Below, piece after piece: positions 1 to 8,554 of a stretch of DNA of 13,643 bases. Origin of the DNA: Candidatus Bathyarchaeia archaeon (GTDB lineage: Archaea > Thermoproteota > Bathyarchaeia > Bathyarchaeales > Bathycorpusculaceae); the NCBI GenBank assembly GCA_049515895.1, contig JBEKTQ010000036.1, forward strand, positions 1-13,643, given 5' to 3'. A model generated the notes under the pieces. That model worked only from the letters and a program-made list of their open reading frames with translations. It was not told the origin of the DNA and made no database searches. Made by a program: the position numbers and the translations under genes. Each line of letters opens with the position of its first letter. Positions within the stretch are counted from its first letter, which is position 1.

Positions 1-231
1 ACTCATGGACCAAACATCGAGAAACGGCTTTATCGGTTGAGGTCTTCGATTGAAAGGGTGAATTCAAGGCTCAAAGAACAGCTGTGCTTGGAGAATCATA
101 GGGTGAGGAGTCTTGGGCGGATCGCTATTCATTCTTTGTTTTGCTTAATTGCTATGCTTTTGAACGCGGTTGCTGCGGTTAGGCTGAACGTTGTCGATAA
201 GGCTCGATGCATAACATTACTCGCAAAATGA
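1..231 (+). CDS. DDE transposase, C-terminal part (IS4/IS5/IS1182-type), truncated by window start
   Basis: Frame is open from base 1: THGPNIEKRLYRLRSSIERVNSRLKEQLCLENHRVRSLGRIAIH... YRLRSSIERVNSRLK fits the Y-x2-R-x3-E-x6-K (YREK) motif. Stop TGA at 229-231. Confidence 0.85.
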   Translation, partial: THGPNIEKRLYRLRSSIERVNSRLKEQLCLENHRVRSLGRIAIHSLFCLIAMLLNAVAAVRLNVVDKARCITLLAK

Positions 232-270
232 ACAAGAATTAACACATTAAAGCTAAATTAGCAACGCACT
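1..270 (+). mobile_element. Right-hand part of an IS element; candidate right end near 256-270 (AATTAGCAACGCACT)
   Basis: Transposase tail plus a short AT-rich stretch, then an abrupt shift to GC-rich sequence near 270. The left end is outside the window, so the inverted repeat cannot be verified. Confidence 0.5.
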
Positions 271-312
271 GGCGCGCATATCGGCGATTTGCACGTGGCG
301 ACTACCCCCACG

Positions 313-385
313 TTTCATGGAAAAAAGACATGAAAATGCCATTTGTAGCGCGAGCGCCGCATACAGATAGTAGAAGAATCTACTA
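313..385. terminator. Two short inverted repeats between convergent genes, possible terminator elements
   Basis: TTTCATG-N9-CATGAAA (313-335, with a T6 loop on the minus strand) and TAGTAGA-AGAA-TCTACTA (368-385). Confidence 0.3.
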
Positions 386-461
386 AAGAAGCGTTCTGGA
401 AGTGACAAGAGCTTAGCAAGACATTCAACACGTGATAAGGAACAGACTAGATTCGCGCGCG

Positions 462-2438
462 TTAAACACAACCGGTGTTAACATTTTTCGGAAAATAAAA
501 AGAATTATCGGGTTGATAAGAATCCGCGTGACCCTTCAAATAGCCTACATACCAACCAGTCATCTTAAACCCGAACTGAAACGGCAAGAAAAAAACTTCT
601 TTGCGATGCGTCAACCGATAAATGTAAAAAGAATGGATGACACCAAAAACAAACGCTGCAGGAGGAAACATGCGATAATGCTTAATCATATTCGGGTTCT
701 TATGATTAAAACAATGCGTGTAGTACCCCCTAACCCAATACCTGCGCCAAAGTTCCGCCCACGTCAAGCTATAACGCTCATAATCAAGAAAATTCACATT
801 CACTGTGTCCAATAACCAACCCGCAGTCCGCACCCGAATCTCAAGATCCTGATCCTCACCATAGCCCTGCAACCGCTCATCAAACCAACCCGCATCTCGC
901 ATAGCATCAAACCGATAAATGGCACCACCAGTCCCCAGAGACTTACTGCGAGTTTTTTCAGACCTATAATCTGCCAATCGGCCCTCAGCACGTGCAAACC
1001 CCTCTAACGTCGCAAGCAAATTGCCCCCAGCCTCAAAAGCCTGTTTTCCCTTCGCAATACCCACTTCAGGATGCGCCTCCATGAATGCGACAAGTTGAGA
1101 AACGTAGTTGTTCTGCAGAATCATGTCACCATCTACCCAGAGAATAAAATCGCCTTCAGCGTTGGCGATAACCATGTTCCGAGCATGCCCCAGTCCTTGC
1201 CACTTGGTATGCAAAACCTTAGCGGGAAAATCAACGTTGCTAGCAAACTTTTGAAGAAGCACTAAGGTACCATCATCGCTACCGTCGTCCACAAAAACTA
1301 ACCGCAAAAGCGAATGAGGATAATCCTGACCCATAATGCTCTCAACTGCTTCAGGCAAGCTTTTTTCACAGTTTTTTACACAAACTCCCAAAGTGACAAC
1401 GGGCTTCACCGCGTCATTGAAACCGTTTTCACCATTCAGCGCGCGCGCTCGCAAAACTGACCTTGCTATTTCATATACCCTTTCAGATCCTTGTGTGACC
1501 AATGAGATTTCCATTATACGCGGGTGCGCTCTTATGTAACCAATATACCACGCAGTCATTTTAAAAAAGGAATGAAAGGGCATAAGAAAAACGGATTTCC
1601 GTGATGTCAACTTGTAAAGAGCCAAAGACTGAAGAAACCCAAGAAGAAACGCGGTCGGCGGAAACAAACGATAATGCTTCAAAAGCCCTTTGTACTTAAG
1701 AAGAAAAAAACGCGTGTAATATCCACGAAGACAATATCTGCTCCATAGACTTTTCCACGTTACTCCCAATCGTTCATAATCAAGATATCTAGTTTCAACT
1801 GTATCAAGGCACCACCCCGCAGCTCTTACTCTGATTTCGATATCTTGATCCTCACCATATCCTCTAAATCGCTCATCGAAAAGCCCCGATTTGCTGAAGA
1901 CCCCAATTCGATATATTGACCCACTTGTTCCAATAACCTTCCAGCTGGCCTTCTTAGATCTGTAATCTATCATGTGCCCTGCGGCACGCGAATATTGTTC
2001 TAGGGTTCCTGTCAAGTTTGCTCCGGGCGCCAATGACAGCTTTCCTTTAGCTATTCCTACTTCAGGATGGTCCTCCATGAATTTTACCATTTTTGTCACA
2101 AATCCTTTTGACAAAATCATATCGCCATCAACCCAGAGAATGAAATCACCGCCCGCATTAGCAACAACCATATTCCGTGCATAACCTAAACCTCTGCCAG
2201 AATCGCGAAGAATCTTAGCCTTAATATCGCTCTTTGAGATTGATCCCTCAACAATTGTTCGAGTGCTATCTTCACTGTCGCCATCTACAAAAACAAGTTC
2301 CATAAGCGAATGAGGATAATCTTGATTTAGAATGCTTTCAATTGCTTCTCCAATGTACCTCTCGCAATTTCTCACGCACACTCCTAGAGTGACTTTTGAT
2401 TTTAATTGGCCCTTGAAATTATCTCTTATACTTATCAT
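462..2438 (-). CDS. Glycosyltransferase family 2 with two tandem, closely related GT2 domains
   Basis: Both halves carry VTLGVCV(R/K)NCE, QDYPHSL, LVFVD, ARNMV, FILWVDGDMIL (DxD), GYGEDQD and a hydrophobic tail. ATG 2438 is preferred to TTG 2537 because the upstream sequence is a separate relic. Confidence 0.9.
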   Translation of the reverse strand: MISIRDNFKGQLKSKVTLGVCVRNCERYIGEAIESILNQDYPHSLMELVFVDGDSEDSTRTIVEGSISKSDIKAKILRDSGRGLGYARNMVVANAGGDFILWVDGDMILSKGFVTKMVKFMEDHPEVGIAKGKLSLAPGANLTGTLEQYSRAAGHMIDYRSKKASWKVIGTSGSIYRIGVFSKSGLFDERFRGYGEDQDIEIRVRAAGWCLDTVETRYLDYERLGVTWKSLWSRYCLRGYYTRFFLLKYKGLLKHYRLFPPTAFLLGFLQSLALYKLTSRKSVFLMPFHSFFKMTAWYIGYIRAHPRIMEISLVTQGSERVYEIARSVLRARALNGENGFNDAVKPVVTLGVCVKNCEKSLPEAVESIMGQDYPHSLLRLVFVDDGSDDGTLVLLQKFASNVDFPAKVLHTKWQGLGHARNMVIANAEGDFILWVDGDMILQNNYVSQLVAFMEAHPEVGIAKGKQAFEAGGNLLATLEGFARAEGRLADYRSEKTRSKSLGTGGAIYRFDAMRDAGWFDERLQGYGEDQDLEIRVRTAGWLLDTVNVNFLDYERYSLTWAELWRRYWVRGYYTHCFNHKNPNMIKHYRMFPPAAFVFGVIHSFYIYRLTHRKEVFFLPFQFGFKMTGWYVGYLKGHADSYQPDNSFYFPKNVNTGCV

Positions 2439-2485
2439 TGCTAACGGCTCCAACAAATAATCAACTGGTATACCTGAATATTGCA

Positions 2486-2562
2486 CGCGCTTACTGCTTT
2501 TCGAACGGTGCTTCAGAATTCCTGACTCATAAACCAACAGTGACTCTTACCTTAGACTCCAT
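2486..2562 (-). pseudogene. Relic 5' end of a third GT2 paralogue
   Basis: ATG 2562 reads MESKVRVTVGL*VRNSEA, then after a frameshift TVRKAVSA. This matches KSKVTLGVCVRNCERYIGEAIES of the neighbour. TGA at 2529-2527 replaces the Cys. Confidence 0.75.
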
Positions 2563-2716
2563 TAACCATTACCTAAATCGTCAGAGATATTGCCTAAATC
2601 AAATTTTAAGAAGACAGATTTTCTTTTGCAAACCTCTTTGAGTAACTTTATTCTTGAAGGTTTGTAACCCATTATTTGTGCTGCAATCCATTCAACGGCA
2701 AAAGTGTTTGTGCCTA
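2562..2716 (-). pseudogene. Relic C-terminal fragment of a DUF362-like protein
   Basis: GTNTFAVEWIAAQIMGYKPSRIKLLK resembles, from recall, the DUF362 C-terminal pattern (S-x-D-P-x-A-x-D...A-x-I-M-G-x-x-P-x-x-I-x-x-L). There is no room for an N-terminus. Its TAA overlaps the GT2 relic ATG (TAATG). Confidence 0.6.
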
Positions 2717-2757
2717 CGTGCGCTTGGTGCTGCATCAACAATAAAAAGAACAACACA

Positions 2758-3918
2758 TCATATCAAATTAAGCTGATTCAACTTTTTCCTGCTGATACAT
2801 GCTCGATCGTCAGGTTGGTTCCAAATCGAAAAGCTCCCTCCAACAGCAACACCGAACATTGCCAAAAACAGGAGCACATTGCTCTCGAAAATCTCGTAAG
2901 AATAAAACCTCACTCTAGGAACTGCAAGCAACGTGAGGAACAACAGAAGATAAGGAAAGTCATAAGCCAAGAAAACTGTCAGAATGAGAAAGATAACGAA
3001 GGCCGAAGGCGAAAAAAGATAAAGCATAATGTTTGGAACTAAAGTCTTTTTGGCGTTTTTCAATTTTCCTTTGGCGAACAGACTGAGGTACTTAGCGAAG
3101 ATCCTTATGAGTTGATTTGCTCGCCTTAATTTCACGTTAAGTTTGCTTTTCAAGGATGTTGGAAAAGGTGAATAGAATCCTGCTTTTGGCACAAACATTG
3201 CCCTAAAATTTCTTTCGATTACATTTACAGCAGTGCCGTTATCATCGGAACCAGTGCAGTAAGGATCAAACCTATCAAAAGAGCCCCTTTTTAAGGCGAT
3301 AAAACCGCCTTCAAAGAAAGGCGTGGACCCATCTATGGATTCCCCTAACCTCAAGGCATTAGACGATTTCAGGAAATCTTGCTCCATTCGAGTAACCCAA
3401 GTCTCGTTGGAGTTCAAAATTATTTTTGGACCCCCAATCGCACCGACGTCCGGATCGGCTAAGAAAGGCACAGCTTTTTCAAGTATATCTGAGGGCCAAA
3501 AACAATCCGCGTCTGAAACTATCACCACTTCGCCTTTGCACTGGCTGAGAGCGTAGTTTAATGCGTGCGATTTGCCTCGTCTTTCTTTTTCAACTAAAAT
3601 CCTCAGGTTCATTTGCGGTTTTTCTTGGATGAACTGCTTAGCAGTCTCAACTGTATTGTCGGATGAGTTGCTATCAACAAGAATTATTTCTGCTAGATTG
3701 GCGGGATAATTGACACGTGATAGATTCAGCAGTTTTAAGAAAATTATGCTTGATTCGTTGTATGTTGGGACGAGAATAGATATCGTGGGACGATAATTGG
3801 GGTCAACTTTTGTTGGCCATGATTTCTTGGAGCTTTTCCTCCCGTAAACGTATATGAAGGCCGCTGGTCCAAGGGCTAATAACCCAAACAAGAACCAAGT
3901 TATTATCATAAGCGCCAA
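2758..3918 (-). CDS. Membrane-bound GT2, cellulose-synthase-like/PgaC-like superfamily
   Basis: N-terminal TM, ISILVPTYNE, VDSNSSD, GKSHALN, VSDAD, GSDD, C-terminal TMs. GGTGA lies 4 nt before the TTG start. Confidence 0.9.
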   Translation of the reverse strand: MALMIITWFLFGLLALGPAAFIYVYGRKSSKKSWPTKVDPNYRPTISILVPTYNESSIIFLKLLNLSRVNYPANLAEIILVDSNSSDNTVETAKQFIQEKPQMNLRILVEKERRGKSHALNYALSQCKGEVVIVSDADCFWPSDILEKAVPFLADPDVGAIGGPKIILNSNETWVTRMEQDFLKSSNALRLGESIDGSTPFFEGGFIALKRGSFDRFDPYCTGSDDNGTAVNVIERNFRAMFVPKAGFYSPFPTSLKSKLNVKLRRANQLIRIFAKYLSLFAKGKLKNAKKTLVPNIMLYLFSPSAFVIFLILTVFLAYDFPYLLLFLTLLAVPRVRFYSYEIFESNVLLFLAMFGVAVGGSFSIWNQPDDRACISRKKLNQLNLI

Positions 3919-4187
3919 ATTTTCACCGCATTTGATTAAATTACAGTTTCATGCATGGTATGTTTGGATTTTACGCTGCACTTGGTCAAGGAGTAGACTG
4001 CGTTTCGCGCGGGCTACGTCACAATTCTCCCTCGTCAAAATCCCAATTGGACTTGGTCGCGCCGCGCTTGAAGTAGTGTGCTGTTTATGGGAGGTCAACT
4101 TTATTGTTAATAGTTGGTTAGTGCTTCCAAATACTCTTGTCTGTTTCTTTTAGTTACATTCGAATAATGTGACGATATTCTCCATTC

Positions 4188-5090
4188 TTAGAATCGGGTC
4201 CTGAAAAGCGAAAACAACTCGCATGCTTGCTGTTCTGTAGATACGCCCACAACCGCGCCTTTCAAGTTTTCAAGACCAGCTATGTAGTCAAGCGCTTCGG
4301 AAGGTTTGAAGTACCCTGCAGCCAGCACGCTAATAGCCAGCACGCTGGGACTGTGAAGACTTTGCAGAGTTTTTTCACATTCTTCTCTTGAAGGATTCAT
4401 CTGAAAACCGGCTTTGTTGAAAGGCGTAACAATCAGTTTTTCATCCAAGTTAATGTCCCATTCTTTTAATTTCTTCACAAGATAAGGAAAATTCCTTGTG
4501 TTAAACCCAGGCGTTATTCCTCTGTTAGAGAGATAACTTATGAATGATTTGAAAAGCCAATCCAAGTCTAGAGCTAGGCCCATATCGCCTATTACTTCAT
4601 TAAGTAATACTGAGACCAGGTTTGCTTGTTTACCAGCTGAGGATTTTATTCTTGACAGCTCGTAAGCGAGATAAGTATTCATGAAACCTTCGGGATTAAC
4701 TCTGACTACGGACCAAAACCCTTCCAAAACTGCTCTTATGTCACCGGATAGCGCCACTTGCTTCGCGAACCTCTTCACCAACCCAGGTGTTCCGGTCTGA
4801 GCGGCGATTCGTACATATTCGAAAGCGTATGGCACCATTGCGTAAAGGTTTATTTGATCAATAATTTTTCTCTCCCGCAATGTCCGAAGAATGGATAGAG
4901 TACGGTCGCTCACGGAAAATGAGAAACCATCCGCACCATTCTTGACCGCGGCCAAAACAACATCAGCTGCATGATCCTCCAGAGAAACATCGGTCGCGCC
5001 TCTACTTCGGGCTCGTTCTTGTGAGAGATGACTGATTCCCTGAAAAGGATTATCACCAACGATTAGCAACTTGCGCATTTCATCCTTCAT
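4188..5090 (-). CDS. Hypothetical protein, probable TIM-barrel (aldo/keto-reductase-like N-terminus)
   Basis: About 300 aa with an alternating beta/alpha pattern. Motifs LIVGDNPFQGISHLS, PFNKAGFQMNP, AISVLAAG and VVGVS. Start uncertain (5099, 5090 or 5078); it overlaps or abuts the upstream stop. Confidence 0.8.
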   Translation of the reverse strand: MKDEMRKLLIVGDNPFQGISHLSQERARSRGATDVSLEDHAADVVLAAVKNGADGFSFSVSDRTLSILRTLRERKIIDQINLYAMVPYAFEYVRIAAQTGTPGLVKRFAKQVALSGDIRAVLEGFWSVVRVNPEGFMNTYLAYELSRIKSSAGKQANLVSVLLNEVIGDMGLALDLDWLFKSFISYLSNRGITPGFNTRNFPYLVKKLKEWDINLDEKLIVTPFNKAGFQMNPSREECEKTLQSLHSPSVLAISVLAAGYFKPSEALDYIAGLENLKGAVVGVSTEQQACELFSLFRTRF

Positions 5091-6090
5091 AATCGGCAAT
5101 CCCTTTTCTTACTTCGTCAATAATGTAGTCAACTTTTGCAGCAGTATCAAAATTCGGTTCACACTTTCGCTTTTCTATTAACGAATCCACAAATTCTTGA
5201 TTCTCCCTGAAATATTCAGTTTCCCCTAACCAGAAATCCACATTATCTTTGAGATCGTGTCTATACCAGATTTCTTGAGTCCCATCTCCTAAAGTTAAAC
5301 TTAGTCGATCATCATTTACATCAATTATTCCTTCCGGGCATTCAATGGAACAACCAAATTCAGGCAATCGATAATTTGGGACACTCTGGGATACATCAAA
5401 CTGGCCACTCATTCCAACAGAATTCATTACCTTGAAGGACACTGAAGTTTCACTTTCTATCTCAGTTTTTGCAGAAGGCGTAATGTCGCGAACCTGGAAG
5501 TCTCCTAGAAGCCACAGCGCCAAATCTATTATGTGGCAGCCGATATCTCTGATCGCACCGCCGCGGGGGATCGAAGATTTTGCCTCTTTCGCGAGATCCA
5601 GAAAGTCAGATGAAAATGCATATGCTTTGAAAGATTGTGGCTCCCCAAGGTTTCCTTGCATCAACAGTTGTTTGGCTTTTCCAAAAACAACAGAATACCT
5701 TTTCATGTAGCCAACCATGGTCAAGCCGTCGACTTTCTTGGCGAGTTCACATAATTCTTTAGATTGATTGTAGTTTGAAGAAAGGGTCTTTTCCACGAAT
5801 ATGTTCCGAGTAATTCCTTTCGCAAGCAAGTCCTTAATAATTGGATAATGCGTTGAAATGGGAGTTGTTACATAAACCGCGTCAAGTTCCATCTCGGAAA
5901 GCTTCTCAAGATCATTTATCACGTGAATGTCTTTTTTAGAAAACACTTTCTTGAAAACCATATTCATCAGAGTGCTCTTGTCGCACAAGGCAACTACCTG
6001 AATTTCGGGAAGCACGTTCAAGAGACTAGCATGCAGCAAACCCATCTTTCCCAAACCGACTACAGCAAAGTTCAGTTTTCGTTCCGACAA
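5080..6090 (-). CDS. Gfo/Idh/MocA family NAD(P)-dependent oxidoreductase
   Basis: AVVGLGKMG Rossmann motif, DAVYVTTPISTH, FVEKT, VGYMKRY, GGAIRDIGCHIID. Confidence 0.95.
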   Translation of the reverse strand: MSERKLNFAVVGLGKMGLLHASLLNVLPEIQVVALCDKSTLMNMVFKKVFSKKDIHVINDLEKLSEMELDAVYVTTPISTHYPIIKDLLAKGITRNIFVEKTLSSNYNQSKELCELAKKVDGLTMVGYMKRYSVVFGKAKQLLMQGNLGEPQSFKAYAFSSDFLDLAKEAKSSIPRGGAIRDIGCHIIDLALWLLGDFQVRDITPSAKTEIESETSVSFKVMNSVGMSGQFDVSQSVPNYRLPEFGCSIECPEGIIDVNDDRLSLTLGDGTQEIWYRHDLKDNVDFWLGETEYFRENQEFVDSLIEKRKCEPNFDTAAKVDYIIDEVRKGIADYEG

Positions 6091-6507
6091 TTTTCAGCAT
6101 CCTCAAACGTGTTAAGATTAGATTGGTCACTATTTGTTTCATGCTCGAAACTTTGAACTTCCATGACTTTCGATTCTTTGAATATTAATTTAGTTTAGTC
6201 TTGCGTGAATCTTCGCTTGCAGCTCTAAAACGGTTACAACTAAGTCTAAGTTGTCAGGGTACTTAATCATAAAAAATTAATCAGCAAACAGGGTAAACTT
6301 GACGTTAAGTCAAATGCTAAGGTTAAATTTCTGAAGGATTGTCAAAGATTTGGAGCGAAATCTATGAAATCCCCTCCCTGAGAGGAGCAGGTAAGCAAAT
6401 TTAACAGCCTATGATGTAAAATTTACTCCAGCTCATCCCCTAATAATATTAATACATAAAATTAATCTAATAAACACATAAGGTAACAAAAACTATCGTA
6501 ATTCTCC

Positions 6508-6524
6508 AAAAGAAACCAAAAAAA
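6508..6524 (-). terminator. Oligo-T tract, probable archaeal terminator
   Basis: A T7 run followed by GGTTTCTTTT on the minus strand, starting about 25 nt after the 6548 stop. Confidence 0.45.
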
Positions 6525-6547
6525 CGCCCTAAAAATATCGATGGCTA

Positions 6548-7300
6548 TTAAGGACGGAAAAACTCTTTAAGTACTGTTCTGAGTATTTTGAAGCCGTCTC
6601 TGAACGCGTGAAGGTTGGAGTTTCCATTTTTTCGTGAATATTCAACGCTGGGGACTTCTTTCACCACCAATCCTAAACCTAAGGCTTTAATGAAAATCTC
6701 AGCTTCAATCTCAAAGCCTTCAGCCTTCAAAACTGGAGTCAGCTTTTCAACTGCGTGCTTGCTAAATGCTGCGTAACCGTAGCAAAGATCGGTGTATTCG
6801 GCTGAATAGAGAAAATTCACGCAAAACATTAGCATCGAATTGCCACAGCGTCTTACTGCGTCCATGTCGAAGGTGCGCCCACCTTCTAAGAAGCGGGAAC
6901 CCTTAGCTATGTCGGCGCCTGAATTCAAAGCTTCAACGAACGCCGGAATCTCCGCGGGATCCATTGAACCATCAGCATCCATAAGAACCATGGCGTCAAC
7001 ATCGAAGTAACCGTTGCTAAGAACTTGCCGAACGGCATTACCTTTTCCTAGGCCCACCTGCAAGACAACTTTTGCGCCACCTTTCGTCGCCACCTCGATA
7101 GTATTGTCTTTTGACTTGCCATCAATAACTAAAATATTATCGTAACCAGCGTCATTTGATCTCCGTAGAACCTCTCTAAGGTTTAACTCCTCATTAAGAG
7201 TAGGTATGACAATTCCGACGTTAAAAGGCCTAAATCCTGAAACTTCAGAGATTTCTTCCAAACTTGACAGCGGTGAAAACGGTTCAAGATTTTCTATCAT
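6548..7300 (-). CDS. GT2, dolichol/polyprenol-phosphate glycosyltransferase (DPM1-like)
   Basis: IVIPTLNEE, IDGKSKDNT, GKGNAV, MDADGSMDP, KGSRF, YTDLCYGY, GFEIEAEI, EVPSVEYSR. Confidence 0.92.
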   Translation of the reverse strand: MIENLEPFSPLSSLEEISEVSGFRPFNVGIVIPTLNEELNLREVLRRSNDAGYDNILVIDGKSKDNTIEVATKGGAKVVLQVGLGKGNAVRQVLSNGYFDVDAMVLMDADGSMDPAEIPAFVEALNSGADIAKGSRFLEGGRTFDMDAVRRCGNSMLMFCVNFLYSAEYTDLCYGYAAFSKHAVEKLTPVLKAEGFEIEAEIFIKALGLGLVVKEVPSVEYSRKNGNSNLHAFRDGFKILRTVLKEFFRP

Positions 7301-7487
7301 TTCGGATCAACCCCCAAAGAACAACGCTTTGAGCCACTTTGTATTTCCAATAAATTAATTTTTTGACCCGTGGATTTCCAAAAATATGATGTGACTCTAT
7401 TCGGGTAAGTCCAATATTACTTTTCTCGTTCAGCGTATCTCCGGTAATTTGCATCGAAGAGCGCCCACGCTCTTCTCCTTCCTTCAT
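7284..7487 (-). CDS. Possible small hypothetical ORF at the head of the GT transcript
   Basis: ATG 7487 (or TTG 7496) lies about 40 nt downstream of the TATA at 7528-7535, and the ORF overlaps the GT start. No recognisable motif. Confidence 0.25.
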   Translation of the reverse strand: MKEGEERGRSSMQITGDTLNEKSNIGLTRIESHHIFGNPRVKKLIYWKYKVAQSVVLWGLIRNDRKS

Positions 7488-7527
7488 AAATGACAACTCT
7501 GAGCAGTGCTCCTATGACCCAAGCTAG

Positions 7528-7535
7528 TATATAAG
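7528..7535 (-). promoter_or_regulatory. TATA box (CTTATATA)
   Basis: TATA-like; positionally equivalent to the 9299-9306 box within the duplicated segment. Confidence 0.55.
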
Positions 7536-7586
7536 AGAACAGGGACAACTCGGAAGCAAGATACCAGATTTTCAGCCTTAACTTTT

Positions 7587-7662
7587 CTACTCCGTATCAG
7601 TAGCCGACCCAACATAACTAACCGGGGAACCCGAGTCTCCTCAAACTCAAAGCCAACTTCAT
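7587..7662 (-). pseudogene. Relic 3' end of a paralogue of the 9353-9712 wHTH gene
   Basis: Reads GDSGSPVSYVGSATDTE* versus GDSGLPISHVRPVNSVE*. Manual alignment gives about 51/76 nt identity to 9353-9427. Both copies are followed by AAAGTTAAGGCT. Confidence 0.75.
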
Positions 7663-7691
7663 AAGCCTTAATTGTTACCCCCTATTTCATC

Positions 7692-7735
7692 TTTATAATT
7701 TACCGCTAGATGGAAATACAAAAAAATTGAGGAGA
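7692..7735 (+). promoter_or_regulatory. TATA box (TTTATAAT) and GAGGAG RBS-like motif for the hydrolase
   Basis: TTTATAAT at 7692-7699; GAGGAG just before TTG 7738. Confidence 0.5.
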
Positions 7736-7737
7736 TC

Positions 7738-8418
7738 TTGGAACTGTATTTTCTTGGGCATATGGCTTGGGCATATGTTTGGGCGATGTTAGCATGGGCT
7801 CTGATTCCTGGCGTAAAACGCACCGGCAAGCTTATCGTACCCGCCATTTTGCTGCTGGGCATTTTACCTGACGCCGACCTACTTTTCAGCAGCCTAGGCG
7901 TGATGCATCGCACTTTTACGCACTCCTTTTTCTTCTGGATTATCATATTCCTGCCCCTCTTCATTATTTTCCGACTAAAATCAATTCCCTACTTTGTAGC
8001 CGTGGTACAGCACTTTGCCTTCGGAGACTTACTGATGGGCAAGGTCATGATATTTTGGCCTTTCAACAAGTCTATGGTCGGCTTCAACATCGGCATGCCC
8101 TCCCTCATAGATGTAGCCCTAGAAACAGCGGGTTTGCTATTAACCTTGGGAATCATCGTGTACAGCGGAGATCTGAAACGTCTTTTTTCTGTAAACAAAA
8201 GCAACATCCTTATGCTTCTTCCCCTGCTGGCCTTAGCAACATCAGCACTGTTTTTTGCTTCGCACTGGCCGTCCATAAACCTATTTATCCCATACATTCT
8301 GTCTAGCAATTTGCAAATAGCTCTCACAATAGGTCACATTATTCTATTTGCGTTCATCGCTATCTCCGCACTTCAAGGACTACGAGCTTTGCGGCCCAAA
8401 CGCGCGCTACAACGATAA
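7738..8418 (+). CDS. Membrane metal-dependent hydrolase, YdjM/DUF457-like
   Basis: N-terminal GH, LPDAD, HRTFTHS, QHFAFGD, FWPF, and multiple TM segments. Confidence 0.88.
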   Translation: MELYFLGHMAWAYVWAMLAWALIPGVKRTGKLIVPAILLLGILPDADLLFSSLGVMHRTFTHSFFFWIIIFLPLFIIFRLKSIPYFVAVVQHFAFGDLLMGKVMIFWPFNKSMVGFNIGMPSLIDVALETAGLLLTLGIIVYSGDLKRLFSVNKSNILMLLPLLALATSALFFASHWPSINLFIPYILSSNLQIALTIGHIILFAFIAISALQGLRALRPKRALQR

Positions 8419-8554
8419 AAGTCTGTCCGGCATCCCACCATAGCTGCCAACCCACTCAAACGGGGTTTTGTGAGAGCTTTAACAATCTCACGTCACGATA
8501 CCAAAGAGAGCTTCTACAAAAACATGTTTTGGCTTCTCTCAACAGAAAACGAGT

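Noticed and set aside
2439-2537. 33-aa N-terminal extension of the tandem GT2 in the ORF track
   Set aside because: It overlaps, out of frame, the GT2 relic; ATG 2438 sits closer to the domain start.
3919-4187. GC-rich patches in the intergenic region as a structured RNA or gene relic
   Set aside because: No convincing stem or protein similarity found by eye.
432-5710. Many short plus-strand or off-frame ORFs (e.g. 432-815, 2704-3042, 3854-4153, 5432-5710)
   Set aside because: They overlap well-supported minus-strand genes and have no motifs.
8419-8554. Short hairpins (GTGAGA/TCTCAC, AAAACATGTTTT) as an ncRNA or MITE
   Set aside because: Stems are only 5-6 bp with no terminal repeats; at most termination signals between convergent genes.
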